A stretch of 64,000 bases of DNA from an uncultured Clostridia bacterium (GCA_944386655.1 CALXBX010000051.1:3106-67105), one strand, 5' to 3'. Shown: positions 34,807 through 45,588, counted from the stretch's first letter. The notes: generated by a model from the sequence alone, not told the origin. Numbers and translations: made by a program.

Positions 34807-36957
34807 ATGGAAGAAAGAGAAAAGTTAATTTTAGATTTTATGAAAGAGGAACAATATGTTCCTATGAAAGCAAAGGAAATAGCTTTGTTTTTAGAAGTAC
34901 CAAAACAAGAGTATAGAGAATTTACCTTGGTACTGGATAGATTAGAAAAACAATATTTTATACAAAAAAGCAGGAAAGGTAAATATAGTTTAATAGATGA
35001 AACAAGGTACAAAAAAGGAATTTTTCGTGCCAATGAAAAAGGCTTTGGATTTGTAAAGATAAATGATGACGAAGAAGTGCATATTGCGAGAAATCAAACC
35101 AATGGAGCATTAAATGAGGATGAAGTGTTAGTAGAAATCTTGAAAGAGACAAAAAATAAAAATAGGGAAGGAAGAGTTGTTTCTATTTTAAAACATGCTA
35201 AAACTACCTTAGTTGGAACTTTCCAAAATCATAAAACTTTCGGATTTGTAGTACCAGATGATAGAAAGTTTGGAACCGATATTTACATTCCTAAAAAATA
35301 TTTTCATGGTGCTCATACTAGAGACAAAGTAGTTGTAGAATTAACTGTATTTGTGGAACAAGGAAAGTCAGCAGAAGGAAAAATCATAGAGGTGCTAGGA
35401 AAAACAGATGAAACAGGAGTGGACATGCTTTCTTTAGTGAAAGAATATAGCCTTCCTTACGAATTTCCTAAACCTGTTTTAGAAGAGGCAAAGGCAATCA
35501 AAGAGCAAATTCTAAAAAAAGAAATTCCACGTCGATTAGACTTAAGAAATAAAGAAATATTTACCATAGATGGAGAAGATGCCAAAGATTTAGATGATGC
35601 TGTTTTTGTAGAAGAATTGGAAAACGGAAATTATCGCTTAGGCGTATGTATTGCAGATGTTAGCTATTATGTGAAAGAAAATTCTAAACTAGATAAAGAG
35701 GCCTTTATACGTGGTACTAGTGTCTATATGTTGGACAGGGTGATTCCTATGCTTCCAAAAGAACTTTCTAATGGTGTGTGCAGTTTAAATGCAGGAAAAG
35801 ATAGATTGGCTTTAAGTGTCATTATGGAAATAGATAAACAGGGTAAGGTGGTATCCTCTGATATACAAAAAGCCATTATTTGTGTTACGAAGAGAATGAG
35901 TTATCATGAAGTATCTATTTTACTAGATAGTATAGAAGGAAAAGAAATTACAAAAGAACAAGAAAAGATAGTAGAAGATAACAAAAATTACCTTGCACAT
36001 TTTGAAAGAATGGCAAAATGCGCGAAAATACTAAAGATAAGAAGAGAAAAACAAGGAAGTTTAAATTTGGAACTTCCGGAGAGCAAATTACTGTTGGATG
36101 AAAATGGTTATGTGTTAGATATAAAACCATATGAGCTTACTTTTGCCAATGAAATTATAGAACAATTTATGCTAACCGCCAATGAGACTGTGGCAGAACA
36201 ATTCTATTGGTTAGAAGCTCCTTTCATTTACAGAGTGCATGAAGAACCGGACGAAGATAAAATAAAAGAATTAAATACCTTTTTATATAACTTAGGATAT
36301 CGTGTAAAAGCTTCCAAGGATAATATTCATCCTAAAGCTTTTGCAGAAGTGTTAGATAAAATAAAAGGAAAAGAAGAAGAAAAGGTAATTTCTCATTTTA
36401 TACTACGCACATTAAAAGTGGCAAGATATGAAAGTGAAAATAAAGGACATTTTGGTATTGCAAGTAAATGTTATTGCCATTTTACTTCTCCTATTCGTAG
36501 ATATCCAGATTTATTTATTCATAGAATCATTTCTCATTATATAGATAAGGACTATTCTGTAGAAGAAGAGTGGAAAGAGAAAGAAGAGGCGTTAGCTATT
36601 AAGGCAGCAGAGCAGTCTTCAGAATGTGAAAAGGTAGCAAAAGAAGTAGAGAGAGAAAGTGTAGATATGAAGATGGCAGAATATATGGAAGGGAAAATAG
36701 GCGAAATTTATGAGGGAATTGTTTCTTCTATTACTTCTTTTGGTATGTTTGTAGAATTAGAAAATACCGTAGAGGGATTAATTCGCTTTGAACATATGGG
36801 AGAAGATTACTTCTTCTATGACGAAAACAGAAAAATGCTAATAGGAGAAAGAACAAAGAAAGCGTACCATATAGGAGATAAAGTAACCATTCGAGTAATA
36901 GATGCTAATAAAGAATTAAGGAGAATAGATTTTGAATTAGTAGAAAATCCACTATAG
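34807..36957 (+). CDS. rnr: Ribonuclease R
   Basis: Cold-shock-like N-terminal domains (GFGFV), RNB domain (TIDGEDAKDLDDAV, HFGIAS..YCHFTSPIRRYPD) and a C-terminal S1 domain. ATG 34807 follows AGGAG (alternative GTG at 34801). Confidence 0.95.
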   Translation: MEEREKLILDFMKEEQYVPMKAKEIALFLEVPKQEYREFTLVLDRLEKQYFIQKSRKGKYSLIDETRYKKGIFRANEKGFGFVKINDDEEVHIARNQTNGALNEDEVLVEILKETKNKNREGRVVSILKHAKTTLVGTFQNHKTFGFVVPDDRKFGTDIYIPKKYFHGAHTRDKVVVELTVFVEQGKSAEGKIIEVLGKTDETGVDMLSLVKEYSLPYEFPKPVLEEAKAIKEQILKKEIPRRLDLRNKEIFTIDGEDAKDLDDAVFVEELENGNYRLGVCIADVSYYVKENSKLDKEAFIRGTSVYMLDRVIPMLPKELSNGVCSLNAGKDRLALSVIMEIDKQGKVVSSDIQKAIICVTKRMSYHEVSILLDSIEGKEITKEQEKIVEDNKNYLAHFERMAKCAKILKIRREKQGSLNLELPESKLLLDENGYVLDIKPYELTFANEIIEQFMLTANETVAEQFYWLEAPFIYRVHEEPDEDKIKELNTFLYNLGYRVKASKDNIHPKAFAEVLDKIKGKEEEKVISHFILRTLKVARYESENKGHFGIASKCYCHFTSPIRRYPDLFIHRIISHYIDKDYSVEEEWKEKEEALAIKAAEQSSECEKVAKEVERESVDMKMAEYMEGKIGEIYEGIVSSITSFGMFVELENTVEGLIRFEHMGEDYFFYDENRKMLIGERTKKAYHIGDKVTIRVIDANKELRRIDFELVENPL

Positions 36958-37920
36958 CGAACAAAATAAAAATATAGAAAAGGAGCATTGCAAGTAAAAA
37001 AGTTGGCAATGTTCTTTTTATTTGTTTCGTAAAAATAATTTATTGATGTTATTTTTCAAATTTTATTTGGAGAAGTGGGTAGCGAGAGAATCACAAAAGA
37101 TTTTTTAAGTAGTATTTTAGAAGAGCCAATAGAAGAAATTAATTTAGACGAAAATATAGTACTAAGAAGAGAATATTTAAAAGGAAAAATGGGAGTAGTA
37201 GATGTACTAGCAAAAATAAATGAAAAAGAGTATTGTCATATAGAGATGCAAGTAGGAGAAAATAACCACATAAAGGAAAGACTGTTATATTATTGGTCAA
37301 GACGATATGCAAAAACGATAAAAGAGAGTGAGGAATATCAAGCATTAAAAAGAACCATATCTATATTAATTACAGATTTTGAAGTAAAAGGCTTGGAAGA
37401 CTTAAGAATGCATAGTAAATGGAAGATAATCGAAGAAAATGGCGGAAAACACGTGTTGACAAATGATTTAGAGTTACATATAATAGAATTACCGAAAGTA
37501 AAGAAAATGCAGGAAACGAAAGAAAATAGCAAGTTACTAAAATGGCTAAAATTCCTAGAAAATCCTGAAAGTGAAGAGGTGGAAATATATATGAAGGAAA
37601 ATGTAAATATGAAAGAAGCAAGAACAAAACTAGAGGGAATAAGCGAGGATAAAAGACTGCAGAGAATAGCAGAACTAAGAGAAAAAGCTATATTAGATGA
37701 AAAAGAGGCAAAATATACAGGGTATATGAACGGACTAGAAGAAGGTAGAAAAAGCATAGAACAAATTGTTCGAAGAATGAAAAAAGCCAATTTTAGCATA
37801 GATACCATTAAAGAGATGACAGGTCTAACAGAAGAAGAGATAGAAAAAATATAAAAGAAAGCCGAAATTCGTTATAAAGGACAAATAAAGCAAAAAAATC
37901 CACTATAGCGAACAAAATAA
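36944..37920 (+). mobile_element. Roughly 0.95-kb insertion carrying an Rpn-family nuclease gene, bounded by perfect 26-bp direct repeats
   Basis: AAAATCCACTATAGCGAACAAAATAA at 36944-36969 (includes the rnr stop codon) and at 37895-37920. A degenerate third copy is at 37924-37947. Confidence 0.5.
37075..37854 (+). CDS. Rpn/YhgA-like PD-(D/E)XK recombination-promoting nuclease (putative transposase family), possibly 5'-truncated
   Basis: The core GVVDVLAKINEKEYCHIEMQV matches the family D..E.Q motif. Family-like sequence (IFQILFGEVGSERITKDFLSSIL) extends upstream of the GTG, back to a stop at 37036, with no good start or RBS. Confidence 0.6.
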   Translation: MGSERITKDFLSSILEEPIEEINLDENIVLRREYLKGKMGVVDVLAKINEKEYCHIEMQVGENNHIKERLLYYWSRRYAKTIKESEEYQALKRTISILITDFEVKGLEDLRMHSKWKIIEENGGKHVLTNDLELHIIELPKVKKMQETKENSKLLKWLKFLENPESEEVEIYMKENVNMKEARTKLEGISEDKRLQRIAELREKAILDEKEAKYTGYMNGLEEGRKSIEQIVRRMKKANFSIDTIKEMTGLTEEEIEKI

Positions 37921-37943
37921 TACAAAATCCGCTATAGGAGACA

Positions 37944-37985
37944 AAAACATCGTAAATTTATAAAAAATACGATGTTTTATTTTTG
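37944..37985 (+). terminator. Rho-independent terminator (probably the original rnr terminator)
   Basis: AAAACATCGTA...TACGATGTTTT 11-bp stem followed by ATTTTT. Confidence 0.75.
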
Positions 37986-38057
37986 CAGAAAAACAACAAT
38001 AAAACAACTAATTAGTTTAAAATTTTACATAAAATTATCAAAAAAAGGAAAAATCTG

Positions 38058-38086
38058 TTGAAAAAAAAATAAGGTAATGCTATAAT
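38058..38086 (+). promoter_or_regulatory. SigA-type promoter of EPS locus 1
   Basis: TTGAAA, 17-nt spacer, TATAAT. Confidence 0.6.
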
Positions 38087-38165
38087 GAAAAAGGCTAAAA
38101 AATATAACAAAGTTACATAAAGTGCATATTAGCTAAAGTGGAAAAATCGAAAAGGGGGAAAACAC

Positions 38166-38798
38166 ATGTATCAACATGTAATTAAAAGATTATTTGACTT
38201 TATTTTAGCATTAGTTTTATTAATTCTTGCAGCAATACCAATGGCAATTGTAGCTATCTGTATAAAAATAGAAGATGGCGGACCAGTAATTTATAAGTCT
38301 AAAAGAATGGGAAAGGGCTGCAAAGTTTTTAATACATATAAATTTAGATCTATGAAAGTAAATCGTGAAGAATTACATAGCAATTTGACGCATGAACAAA
38401 TGGTGACAAAAGTAGGTAAATTTATTCGCAAAACAAGTCTAGATGAATTACCACAATTAATTAATATTTTAAAAGGAGAAATGAGTTTTATTGGACCAAG
38501 ACCATGGATTCCAGATTATTATGAATGGTTTACGCCAGAACAAAAAAGAAGAAGTGATGTGTTGCCAGGTATTTCTGGTTTGGCACAAGTAAAAGGAAGA
38601 AATGGTATCAATATATTCAAAAAAATAGAATATGATTTATATTACGTAGATCATATTAGCTTTGTATTGGATATAAAATTAGTAATAGAAACGGTAGTGC
38701 AAGTGTTTAAGAAAACAAATGCTGAGATTTCTGAGCAAGGAATTAAAGAAGAAATACGAGAATTGCAAGAACAAGCAGCATATACAAAAGTAGGATAA
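38166..38798 (+). CDS. Priming phosphoglycosyl transferase (small monotopic bacterial sugar transferase)
   Basis: KRLFDFILALVLLILAAIPMAIVAICIKIEDGGPVIYKSKRMGKGCKVFNTYKFRSM, DELPQL and GPRP motifs. Confidence 0.9.
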   Translation: MYQHVIKRLFDFILALVLLILAAIPMAIVAICIKIEDGGPVIYKSKRMGKGCKVFNTYKFRSMKVNREELHSNLTHEQMVTKVGKFIRKTSLDELPQLINILKGEMSFIGPRPWIPDYYEWFTPEQKRRSDVLPGISGLAQVKGRNGINIFKKIEYDLYYVDHISFVLDIKLVIETVVQVFKKTNAEISEQGIKEEIRELQEQAAYTKVG

Positions 38799-38815
38799 GG
38801 AGAGGAATAAACAAA

Positions 38816-39922
38816 ATGAAAATAATGATGATAGCTCCCAAAACAAGTACCTTTATCAATTTTAGAGGAGATTTAATGAAGGCTATTTCAGAAAAAGAAA
38901 ACGAAATTGTAGCCGTTTGTCCAGAAGGGGGATTTGAAGATACTTTAAAGGAATTAGGAGCAAGATGTGTACTAATTTCTTTAAAGAAAAATTCTACTAC
39001 TATTTTGGATAATCTAGCGTATTTAAACCATTTAACAGAAATTATTAAACAAGAAAAACCAGATAAAATCTTTGCTTATACCATAAAACCAGTTATATTT
39101 GGTTCTATTGCAGCAAAAAGAGCAAAAGTAAAAGAAATGTATTCCATGATAACAGGTCTTGGATATGTATATGCTGTAGAATCTTTTAAAACAAAAATTC
39201 TACAGCTAATTTGCGGAATAGGGTATAAAATAGCATTTAAATATAACAAGAAAGTCATTTTTCAAAATAAAGATGATATAGAAGAGTTTGTACAAAGAAA
39301 ATATTTAAAGAAAGAAAAATGTGAGTTAGTAGATGGCTCTGGAGTGAATATGGATAGATTTAAGAGAAATCCATTGCCAGAAGGAAATACTTTTTTAATG
39401 GTATCTCGTATTTTAAAACAAAAAGGTGTTAGAGAATATTTTGAGGCTGCTAAGATAGTAAAAGAGAAATATCCAGACACGAAATTTTTATATGTAGGAG
39501 CAGAGGACAAGACACAATTAGCTTTAAACTTAGATGAAGTAAGGAGCGAATTCTTAGATTCTGGAATTATTGATTATTGTGGAGAATCCAATGATGTACC
39601 ATCTTACATTGCAAAATCTACTTGTTTCGTATTACCTTCTTATTATAGAGAAGGAGTGCCTAGGACACTTTTAGAAGCACTTGCTATGGGAAGGCCAATA
39701 CTTACAACAGATACGGTTGGTTGTAGAGAAACTGTAAAAGAAGGAGTAAATGGATTTTTTGTACCTGTAAAAGATAGCAAGGCTTTAGCAGAAAAAATGA
39801 TATATATGATAGAACATAGAGAAGAATTAGAAAAAATGTCTGATGCAAGCTATAACTATTGTAAAGAAAGATTTGATGTAAATATTATTAATAAAAGAAT
39901 GTTAGAAATTATGGAAATATAA
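38816..39922 (+). CDS. GT4-family glycosyltransferase
   Basis: The C-terminal GT-B domain carries an E-x7-E type motif (REGVPRTLLEALAMGRPILTTD). Confidence 0.8.
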   Translation: MKIMMIAPKTSTFINFRGDLMKAISEKENEIVAVCPEGGFEDTLKELGARCVLISLKKNSTTILDNLAYLNHLTEIIKQEKPDKIFAYTIKPVIFGSIAAKRAKVKEMYSMITGLGYVYAVESFKTKILQLICGIGYKIAFKYNKKVIFQNKDDIEEFVQRKYLKKEKCELVDGSGVNMDRFKRNPLPEGNTFLMVSRILKQKGVREYFEAAKIVKEKYPDTKFLYVGAEDKTQLALNLDEVRSEFLDSGIIDYCGESNDVPSYIAKSTCFVLPSYYREGVPRTLLEALAMGRPILTTDTVGCRETVKEGVNGFFVPVKDSKALAEKMIYMIEHREELEKMSDASYNYCKERFDVNIINKRMLEIMEI

Positions 39923-39991
39923 AAATAGGAATAGACATTTTGGGGAAACAATGATAAGATACAAATACAAAATAAAAGGAAAGAGGAATGG

Positions 39992-41293
39992 ATGAAGATG
40001 ATAAAAATAGCAGTAGCAGGAACAGGATATGTAGGATTAGTAGCAGGAGTATGTTTTGCAGAAAAAGGACATGATGTAACCTGTGTGGATGTGGATGAAA
40101 ACAAAGTAAAAATTATGAGGGAAGGAAAATCCCCTATTTATGAAGAAGGACTAGAAGAGTTAATGCAAAAAAACATTGCAGCAGGGAGATTACATTTTAC
40201 GACAGATTACAAAATAGCATATAAGGATGCAGATGCTATATTCATAGGAGTAGGAACACCAGAACAACCAGATGGGTCTGCAAATTTATCTTATGTAGCA
40301 ACTGTTTCTAGACAAATAGCAGAATCTATTGAAAAAGATTGTTTAGTAGTAGTAAAATCTACAGTTCCAGTAGGAACAAATGATAAAGTAGAACAATTTA
40401 TTAAGGATTCTTTAGTAAATGATGTAAAAGTAGAAGTAGCAAGTAACCCAGAATTTTTAGCACAAGGACATGCTGTAAGAGATACATTAGAGGCAAAAAG
40501 AATTGTAATAGGAACCAATAGTAAAGAAGCAGAAGAGTTATTAATGAAAATATATGAACCATTTAAACTTCCTATTGTTTCTGTAAATAGAAGAAGCGCA
40601 GAAATGATTAAGTATGCATCCAATGACTTTTTAGCATTAAAAATTTCATATATGAATGATATCGCAAACCTTTGTGAATTAGTAGGAGCTAATATTGAAG
40701 ATGTAGCAAAAGGTATGAGTTATGATCCAAGAATAGGGGCAAGTTTCTTACATGCTGGAATTGGCTATGGAGGAAGTTGCTTCCCAAAAGATACAAAAGC
40801 ATTGAGTTATTTAGCAAAACAAAATGGCTATACTTTAAGAACAGTACAAGCTGCTGTGGATGTAAATAAAACTCAAAAAACAAAATTATATAGAAAAGCA
40901 TGTGATAGATTAATTACTTTTGACCATTTAAAAGTAGCTGTGTTAGGACTTGCTTTTAAAGCAGGAACAGATGACTTAAGAGAAGCTCCATCTTTAGACA
41001 ATGTAGCTTTATTACTAGAACAAGGAGCAGATATTTATGCTTATGACCCAGTAGCAATGGATAACTTTAAAAAGAAATATCCAACACAAATTCATTATGT
41101 AGAAAAACCAGAAGAAGCTTTAGAAAAAGCGAATGTATGCTTTATCTTTACAGAGTGGGATGAGATAAAATCTATTAAGCCAGAAACTTACAAAAAGCTT
41201 ATGAGAACACCACTTGTATATGATGGAAGAAATATTTATGAATTAGAAGATATGAAAGAAGCAGGAATAGAATACTATTCGATAGGAAGATAA
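39992..41293 (+). CDS. ugd: UDP-glucose 6-dehydrogenase
   Basis: IAVAGTGYVGLVAGVCFAEKGHDV Rossmann fold and the catalytic GGSCFPKD motif. Confidence 0.9.
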   Translation: MKMIKIAVAGTGYVGLVAGVCFAEKGHDVTCVDVDENKVKIMREGKSPIYEEGLEELMQKNIAAGRLHFTTDYKIAYKDADAIFIGVGTPEQPDGSANLSYVATVSRQIAESIEKDCLVVVKSTVPVGTNDKVEQFIKDSLVNDVKVEVASNPEFLAQGHAVRDTLEAKRIVIGTNSKEAEELLMKIYEPFKLPIVSVNRRSAEMIKYASNDFLALKISYMNDIANLCELVGANIEDVAKGMSYDPRIGASFLHAGIGYGGSCFPKDTKALSYLAKQNGYTLRTVQAAVDVNKTQKTKLYRKACDRLITFDHLKVAVLGLAFKAGTDDLREAPSLDNVALLLEQGADIYAYDPVAMDNFKKKYPTQIHYVEKPEEALEKANVCFIFTEWDEIKSIKPETYKKLMRTPLVYDGRNIYELEDMKEAGIEYYSIGR

Positions 41294-41313
41294 TAAAAGG
41301 AGAAGAATAGTCT

Positions 41314-42390
41314 ATGAAGGAAGAAAGTAAAAGGATTTATTGGATAGACGCCGCAAAAATTATAGCAATGTTTTTAATTGTTTTATCTCATACTATAGCA
41401 TATTCTGAACAATTGCAATGGTTATATAAATATGTAAGTTCTTTTCATGTGGTATTATTTTTTACAATATCAGGACTTACTTTTTATACAAAAAAATATC
41501 ATAACTACAAAGAGTTTTTTATAAAAAAATTTAAAAGTATTATGGTTCCTTATTTTGTCTTTGCAGTATTATTTCTAATTCCATTATATATGTTTGGAAA
41601 TAGTGCAGCACAAGATTTGGGAAGGACAGATATTGATATAGGTGTAACAAAGTCAATTGTTGGAATATTTTATGGAAATGGTCACGATAATTATTTAAGA
41701 CAAAATTCAGCACTTTGGTTTCTGCCATGTCTATTTGTTGTAGAAAACGTATATTACTTTATAGAAAAATTAAAAACAAAGAAAAAATATCTGATAGCAA
41801 TGATAGGTTCTTTAATTATTGGAGCACTAGATTATTACTTTTTACCAATCAGACTTCCATGGGGATTAGATATAGGCTTTGTGATGATTTTCTTTTTTAC
41901 AATAGGAAAACTACTAATGAATTATGATGACCAGAAAGAAAAACAAATCCTTAAAAATAGAAAAATACAAATTGTATTATCCATATGTTTTATTATAATA
42001 GGGTTAATACTACAAAGTTTTAATGATAGAGTAATGTATATGCATAATCAATATGGAAATTATGGACTTTTTATAATTTCAGCATTTTTTAGTACGGTTG
42101 GATATATATACTTTATAAAGAATATTCCTTATAGTAAATTTTTACAGTACGCAGGGCAAAGGACAATGTCTATATTGATATTTCATAAATTAATAGTTGT
42201 TTTATTTCAAACAAAAATAAAGCCAATAGCTAACTTACTTAATGAAAGTCCATCATTCTTGGTGGAATTACTTACAGCCTTAGCAATAGTATTTGTTTCC
42301 ATAGTTTTATCTCTGATAGTAGATAAAATAATTAGTAAAGTTTGTCCAGAACTATTAGGTGAAAAGCGAGAAAGGAAAAGTGTAAAATGA
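41314..42390 (+). CDS. Acyltransferase family 3 membrane O-acetyltransferase
   Basis: About ten TM segments. The N-terminus IYWIDAAKIIAMFLIVLSH is typical of acyltransferase_3. Confidence 0.8.
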   Translation: MKEESKRIYWIDAAKIIAMFLIVLSHTIAYSEQLQWLYKYVSSFHVVLFFTISGLTFYTKKYHNYKEFFIKKFKSIMVPYFVFAVLFLIPLYMFGNSAAQDLGRTDIDIGVTKSIVGIFYGNGHDNYLRQNSALWFLPCLFVVENVYYFIEKLKTKKKYLIAMIGSLIIGALDYYFLPIRLPWGLDIGFVMIFFFTIGKLLMNYDDQKEKQILKNRKIQIVLSICFIIIGLILQSFNDRVMYMHNQYGNYGLFIISAFFSTVGYIYFIKNIPYSKFLQYAGQRTMSILIFHKLIVVLFQTKIKPIANLLNESPSFLVELLTALAIVFVSIVLSLIVDKIISKVCPELLGEKRERKSVK

Positions 42391-43361
42391 AAACGTATTT
42401 AATAACAGGTGGAGCAGGATTTATAGGGTCTCATTTAACAGATAAGCTACTAACAGAAGGAAATAAAGTAATTGTAATAGATAATTTTAATGATTTTTAT
42501 AATCCAGCAATTAAAGAAAATAATATAAAACATAATTTAAATAATCCAAACTATAAATTAGAAAGAATTGATATTAGAAATCAAAATGATGTAAATAGAG
42601 TCTTCACAGAAAATAAGATAGACAATATTATGCATTTAGCTGCAGTGGCAGGAGTAAGACCTTCTATAGAGAATCCAATACTTTATCAAGAAGTAAATTG
42701 TTTAGGAAGTCAAATTATACTAGAAGCAATGAAGAAATATGATGTAAAAAATATAGTATTTGCTTCTTCTAGCTCTGTATATGGCAACACAAAAACAGTA
42801 CCTTTTAAAGAAACAGATATTGTAGATTATGCTATTAGTCCTTATGCAGCAACAAAAAAAGCAAATGAAGTAATGACCCATGTATACCATAAATTATTTG
42901 GATTTAATGTTATTATGCTTAGATTTTTTACAGTGTATGGGGAAAGACAAAGACCGGATTTAGCAATTAATAAATTTACAAGACTTATTATGGAAGGAAA
43001 ACCAATTCCTGTATTTGGAGATGGGACAACTTCTCGAGATTATACATATGTAAAAGATATTATTGATGGTATTACAAAATCTTTAAATTATATAGAGACA
43101 CATGAAGATGTTTATGAAATACTAAATTTAGGAGAATCTGAGCCAATTACATTAAACCAAATGATTGAAACAATCGAAGGAGCTGTGGGGAAAAAGGCAA
43201 TTATAGATAGAAAGCCAATGCAGCCAGGAGATGTAAATAGGACTTATGCAGATATTACAAAAGCAAAACAACTAATAGGATATGCGCCTAAAACGTCTTT
43301 TAAAGAAGGAATACAAAATTTTGTAAATTGGTATAAAGATAATAAAAATTTATATGAGTAA
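42387..43361 (+). CDS. NAD-dependent sugar-nucleotide epimerase (UDP-glucuronate 4-epimerase-like)
   Basis: ITGGAGFIGSHL and YAATK motifs. Adjacent to ugd. The start overlaps the upstream gene by 4 nt. Confidence 0.7.
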   Translation: MKTYLITGGAGFIGSHLTDKLLTEGNKVIVIDNFNDFYNPAIKENNIKHNLNNPNYKLERIDIRNQNDVNRVFTENKIDNIMHLAAVAGVRPSIENPILYQEVNCLGSQIILEAMKKYDVKNIVFASSSSVYGNTKTVPFKETDIVDYAISPYAATKKANEVMTHVYHKLFGFNVIMLRFFTVYGERQRPDLAINKFTRLIMEGKPIPVFGDGTTSRDYTYVKDIIDGITKSLNYIETHEDVYEILNLGESEPITLNQMIETIEGAVGKKAIIDRKPMQPGDVNRTYADITKAKQLIGYAPKTSFKEGIQNFVNWYKDNKNLYE

Positions 43362-43376
43362 TAACGGAGTTATAGT

Positions 43377-44498
43377 ATGGAAGAAAACAGAAAAAAAATA
43401 GTACATTTAATAAATGATATAGCTATTGGGGGAGGAGCCCAAAAAATGCTATATAATATTACAAAATATGCAGATTTAAATAAATTTGAGATTTCTGTAA
43501 TTTCTTTATTGCCATTAGATGACTATAAAGAAGAACTAGAGAAAAATGGCATGAAAGTAATAGTTATGAATGTAAAAAAACATCCATTTAAAACGATAAG
43601 AAATATCATTAACATTTTAAAACAAACAGATACTTTATTCTGTTGGATGTATGCATCTAATTTGGTTGGTTATATATGTGGAAGACTATCAAAAGTGTCA
43701 ATTATAAATTTTGGAATTAGACACTCTGATGTAGGGAAAGATATGATGAAACTTTCAGGAAGGATTGTAAATAAATTAGGAGCTTGGTGTAGTCATAGTA
43801 AATATGTTACAAATGTAATTTATAATGGAGAGAAAGCTAAAAAAGTTCATGAGCAGCTAGGGTATGATACAAAAAAATCGAAAGTAATTATTAATGGATG
43901 TGATACGGAAAAATTTAAATATGATAAAGAAGCAAGAAAAAGAATTTTGAAGGAAGATAGTCATCTGAAAAATGATGCTATTTGGATTATTTCAGCTACA
44001 CGATATCATAAAATAAAAAATATTCCTGTTTTTTTAGAAGCCATAAAATTAGTAAAAAAACAGATTGATAATATTCAAGTGTTTATGTGTGGAAAAGGAT
44101 TAGATGAAAATAACCAAGAATTAGTAGAATGCATTCAAAAAAATCAATTAGTCTTAAATCAGGATATTTTCTTAAAAGGGTTGGTAAACAATTTGCCAGA
44201 ATTATTCTCAGCATGTGATTTATATGTATTGCATTCTGGTGCAGAAGCGTTTCCTAATACATTATTAGAGGCTATGGCTTGTGAAATAGAGTGTGTTGCA
44301 ACAAATGCAGGAGATGTAGAAAAGATACATCCAAATAAAAATAATATAGTGCCTGTAGGAGAAGTAGATAGTTTGTCAAAAAAAATAATAGAAGTAATAA
44401 GAGTTAACAATAAGAATAGACATCCTGAATATAGAAACGTGGTACAACAAAAGTTTTCCATAAGAAACGTGGTAAAAAATTATGAAAGATATTATTAA
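43377..44498 (+). CDS. GT4-family glycosyltransferase
   Basis: GT-B C-terminal motif EAFPNTLLEAMACEIECVATNAGD. Confidence 0.75.
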   Translation: MEENRKKIVHLINDIAIGGGAQKMLYNITKYADLNKFEISVISLLPLDDYKEELEKNGMKVIVMNVKKHPFKTIRNIINILKQTDTLFCWMYASNLVGYICGRLSKVSIINFGIRHSDVGKDMMKLSGRIVNKLGAWCSHSKYVTNVIYNGEKAKKVHEQLGYDTKKSKVIINGCDTEKFKYDKEARKRILKEDSHLKNDAIWIISATRYHKIKNIPVFLEAIKLVKKQIDNIQVFMCGKGLDENNQELVECIQKNQLVLNQDIFLKGLVNNLPELFSACDLYVLHSGAEAFPNTLLEAMACEIECVATNAGDVEKIHPNKNNIVPVGEVDSLSKKIIEVIRVNNKNRHPEYRNVVQQKFSIRNVVKNYERYY

Positions 44499-44511
44499 GG
44501 AGAAGTAGTAT

Positions 44512-45588
44512 ATGGTAAGAGTTTTGCATATTATAGGTAAAATGAATACGGGTGGGGCAGAAACTTTTATTATGAATGTATACAGAAATATTGATAGAAA
44601 TAAAGTTCAATTTGACTTTGTAGTACATACAAATAAAAAATGCGATTATGATGATGAAATTGAAAGGTTAGGAGGAAAAATATATAGAATTCTACCCTTG
44701 TCAAAACATCCAATAAAGAATATGTTAGAATTGAGACAAATATTAAAACAAAGTACATATAGAATAATACATAGACATACCAATTCTTCTATGATAGTGA
44801 CGGATTTGATAGTTGCAAAAATATCAGGCATAAAAAAAATTATTGTTCATTCACATAGTACAAATGCAAAAAATTCATTTTTACATAAGTTATTTAGACC
44901 TCTTATGCGTAAACTAGCAGATATAAAATACGCATGTAGCCAAGAAGCAGGAGAATGGTTATTTGGTAAAAAGCAAAAATTTGAAATAATTACTAACGGA
45001 ATAGATATAAAACAATATCAATATAATAAAGAAATAAGAAATGAAGTAAGAAAAGAATTGGGTATCAAAGAAAATGAAGTGCTAGTAGGGCATGTTGGAC
45101 GATTCAATGAAGTTAAAAATCATGAATTTTTGATTGATATTTTTTATGAATTGCAAAAAGATATAAATGCAAAATTAGTGTTAGTAGGAAAGGGAGATTT
45201 ACAAGAAAAAATAAAAGAAAAAGTACACCAATTGGGAATAGAAGACAAGGTTATTTTTTTAGGAATAAGAAAAGATGTAAACAGGATACTACAAGCTATG
45301 GATATTTTTTTGTTTCCATCTTTATATGAAGGATTACCACTAACATTAATAGAAGCACAAGCGGCAGGGCTTAAAATATTGGCATCAGATACAATTACAA
45401 AACAATGTAACCTTACAGGGAATATAACTTTCCTTAGCCTGAAAGGAAATGCAGACTTTTGGAAGAAAGAATTGTTACATATATTAGAAAATAATAATAG
45501 AACAGGGGATATAAGTGCTTTATATGAAAATGGATTTGATGCAATGCAAACAGCACAGAAATTACAAAAAATGTATTTAGATGAATAA
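44512..45588 (+). CDS. GT4-family glycosyltransferase
   Basis: MNTGGAETFIMN N-terminus and EGLPLTLIEAQAAGLKILASD motif. Confidence 0.8.
   Translation: MVRVLHIIGKMNTGGAETFIMNVYRNIDRNKVQFDFVVHTNKKCDYDDEIERLGGKIYRILPLSKHPIKNMLELRQILKQSTYRIIHRHTNSSMIVTDLIVAKISGIKKIIVHSHSTNAKNSFLHKLFRPLMRKLADIKYACSQEAGEWLFGKKQKFEIITNGIDIKQYQYNKEIRNEVRKELGIKENEVLVGHVGRFNEVKNHEFLIDIFYELQKDINAKLVLVGKGDLQEKIKEKVHQLGIEDKVIFLGIRKDVNRILQAMDIFLFPSLYEGLPLTLIEAQAAGLKILASDTITKQCNLTGNITFLSLKGNADFWKKELLHILENNNRTGDISALYENGFDAMQTAQKLQKMYLDE

Noticed and set aside
36958-38165. A search for smpB or a tmRNA gene directly downstream of rnr.
   Set aside because: No tRNA-like acceptor ends and no SmpB-like ORF are present. Only the Rpn gene, the direct repeats, a terminator and a promoter are there.
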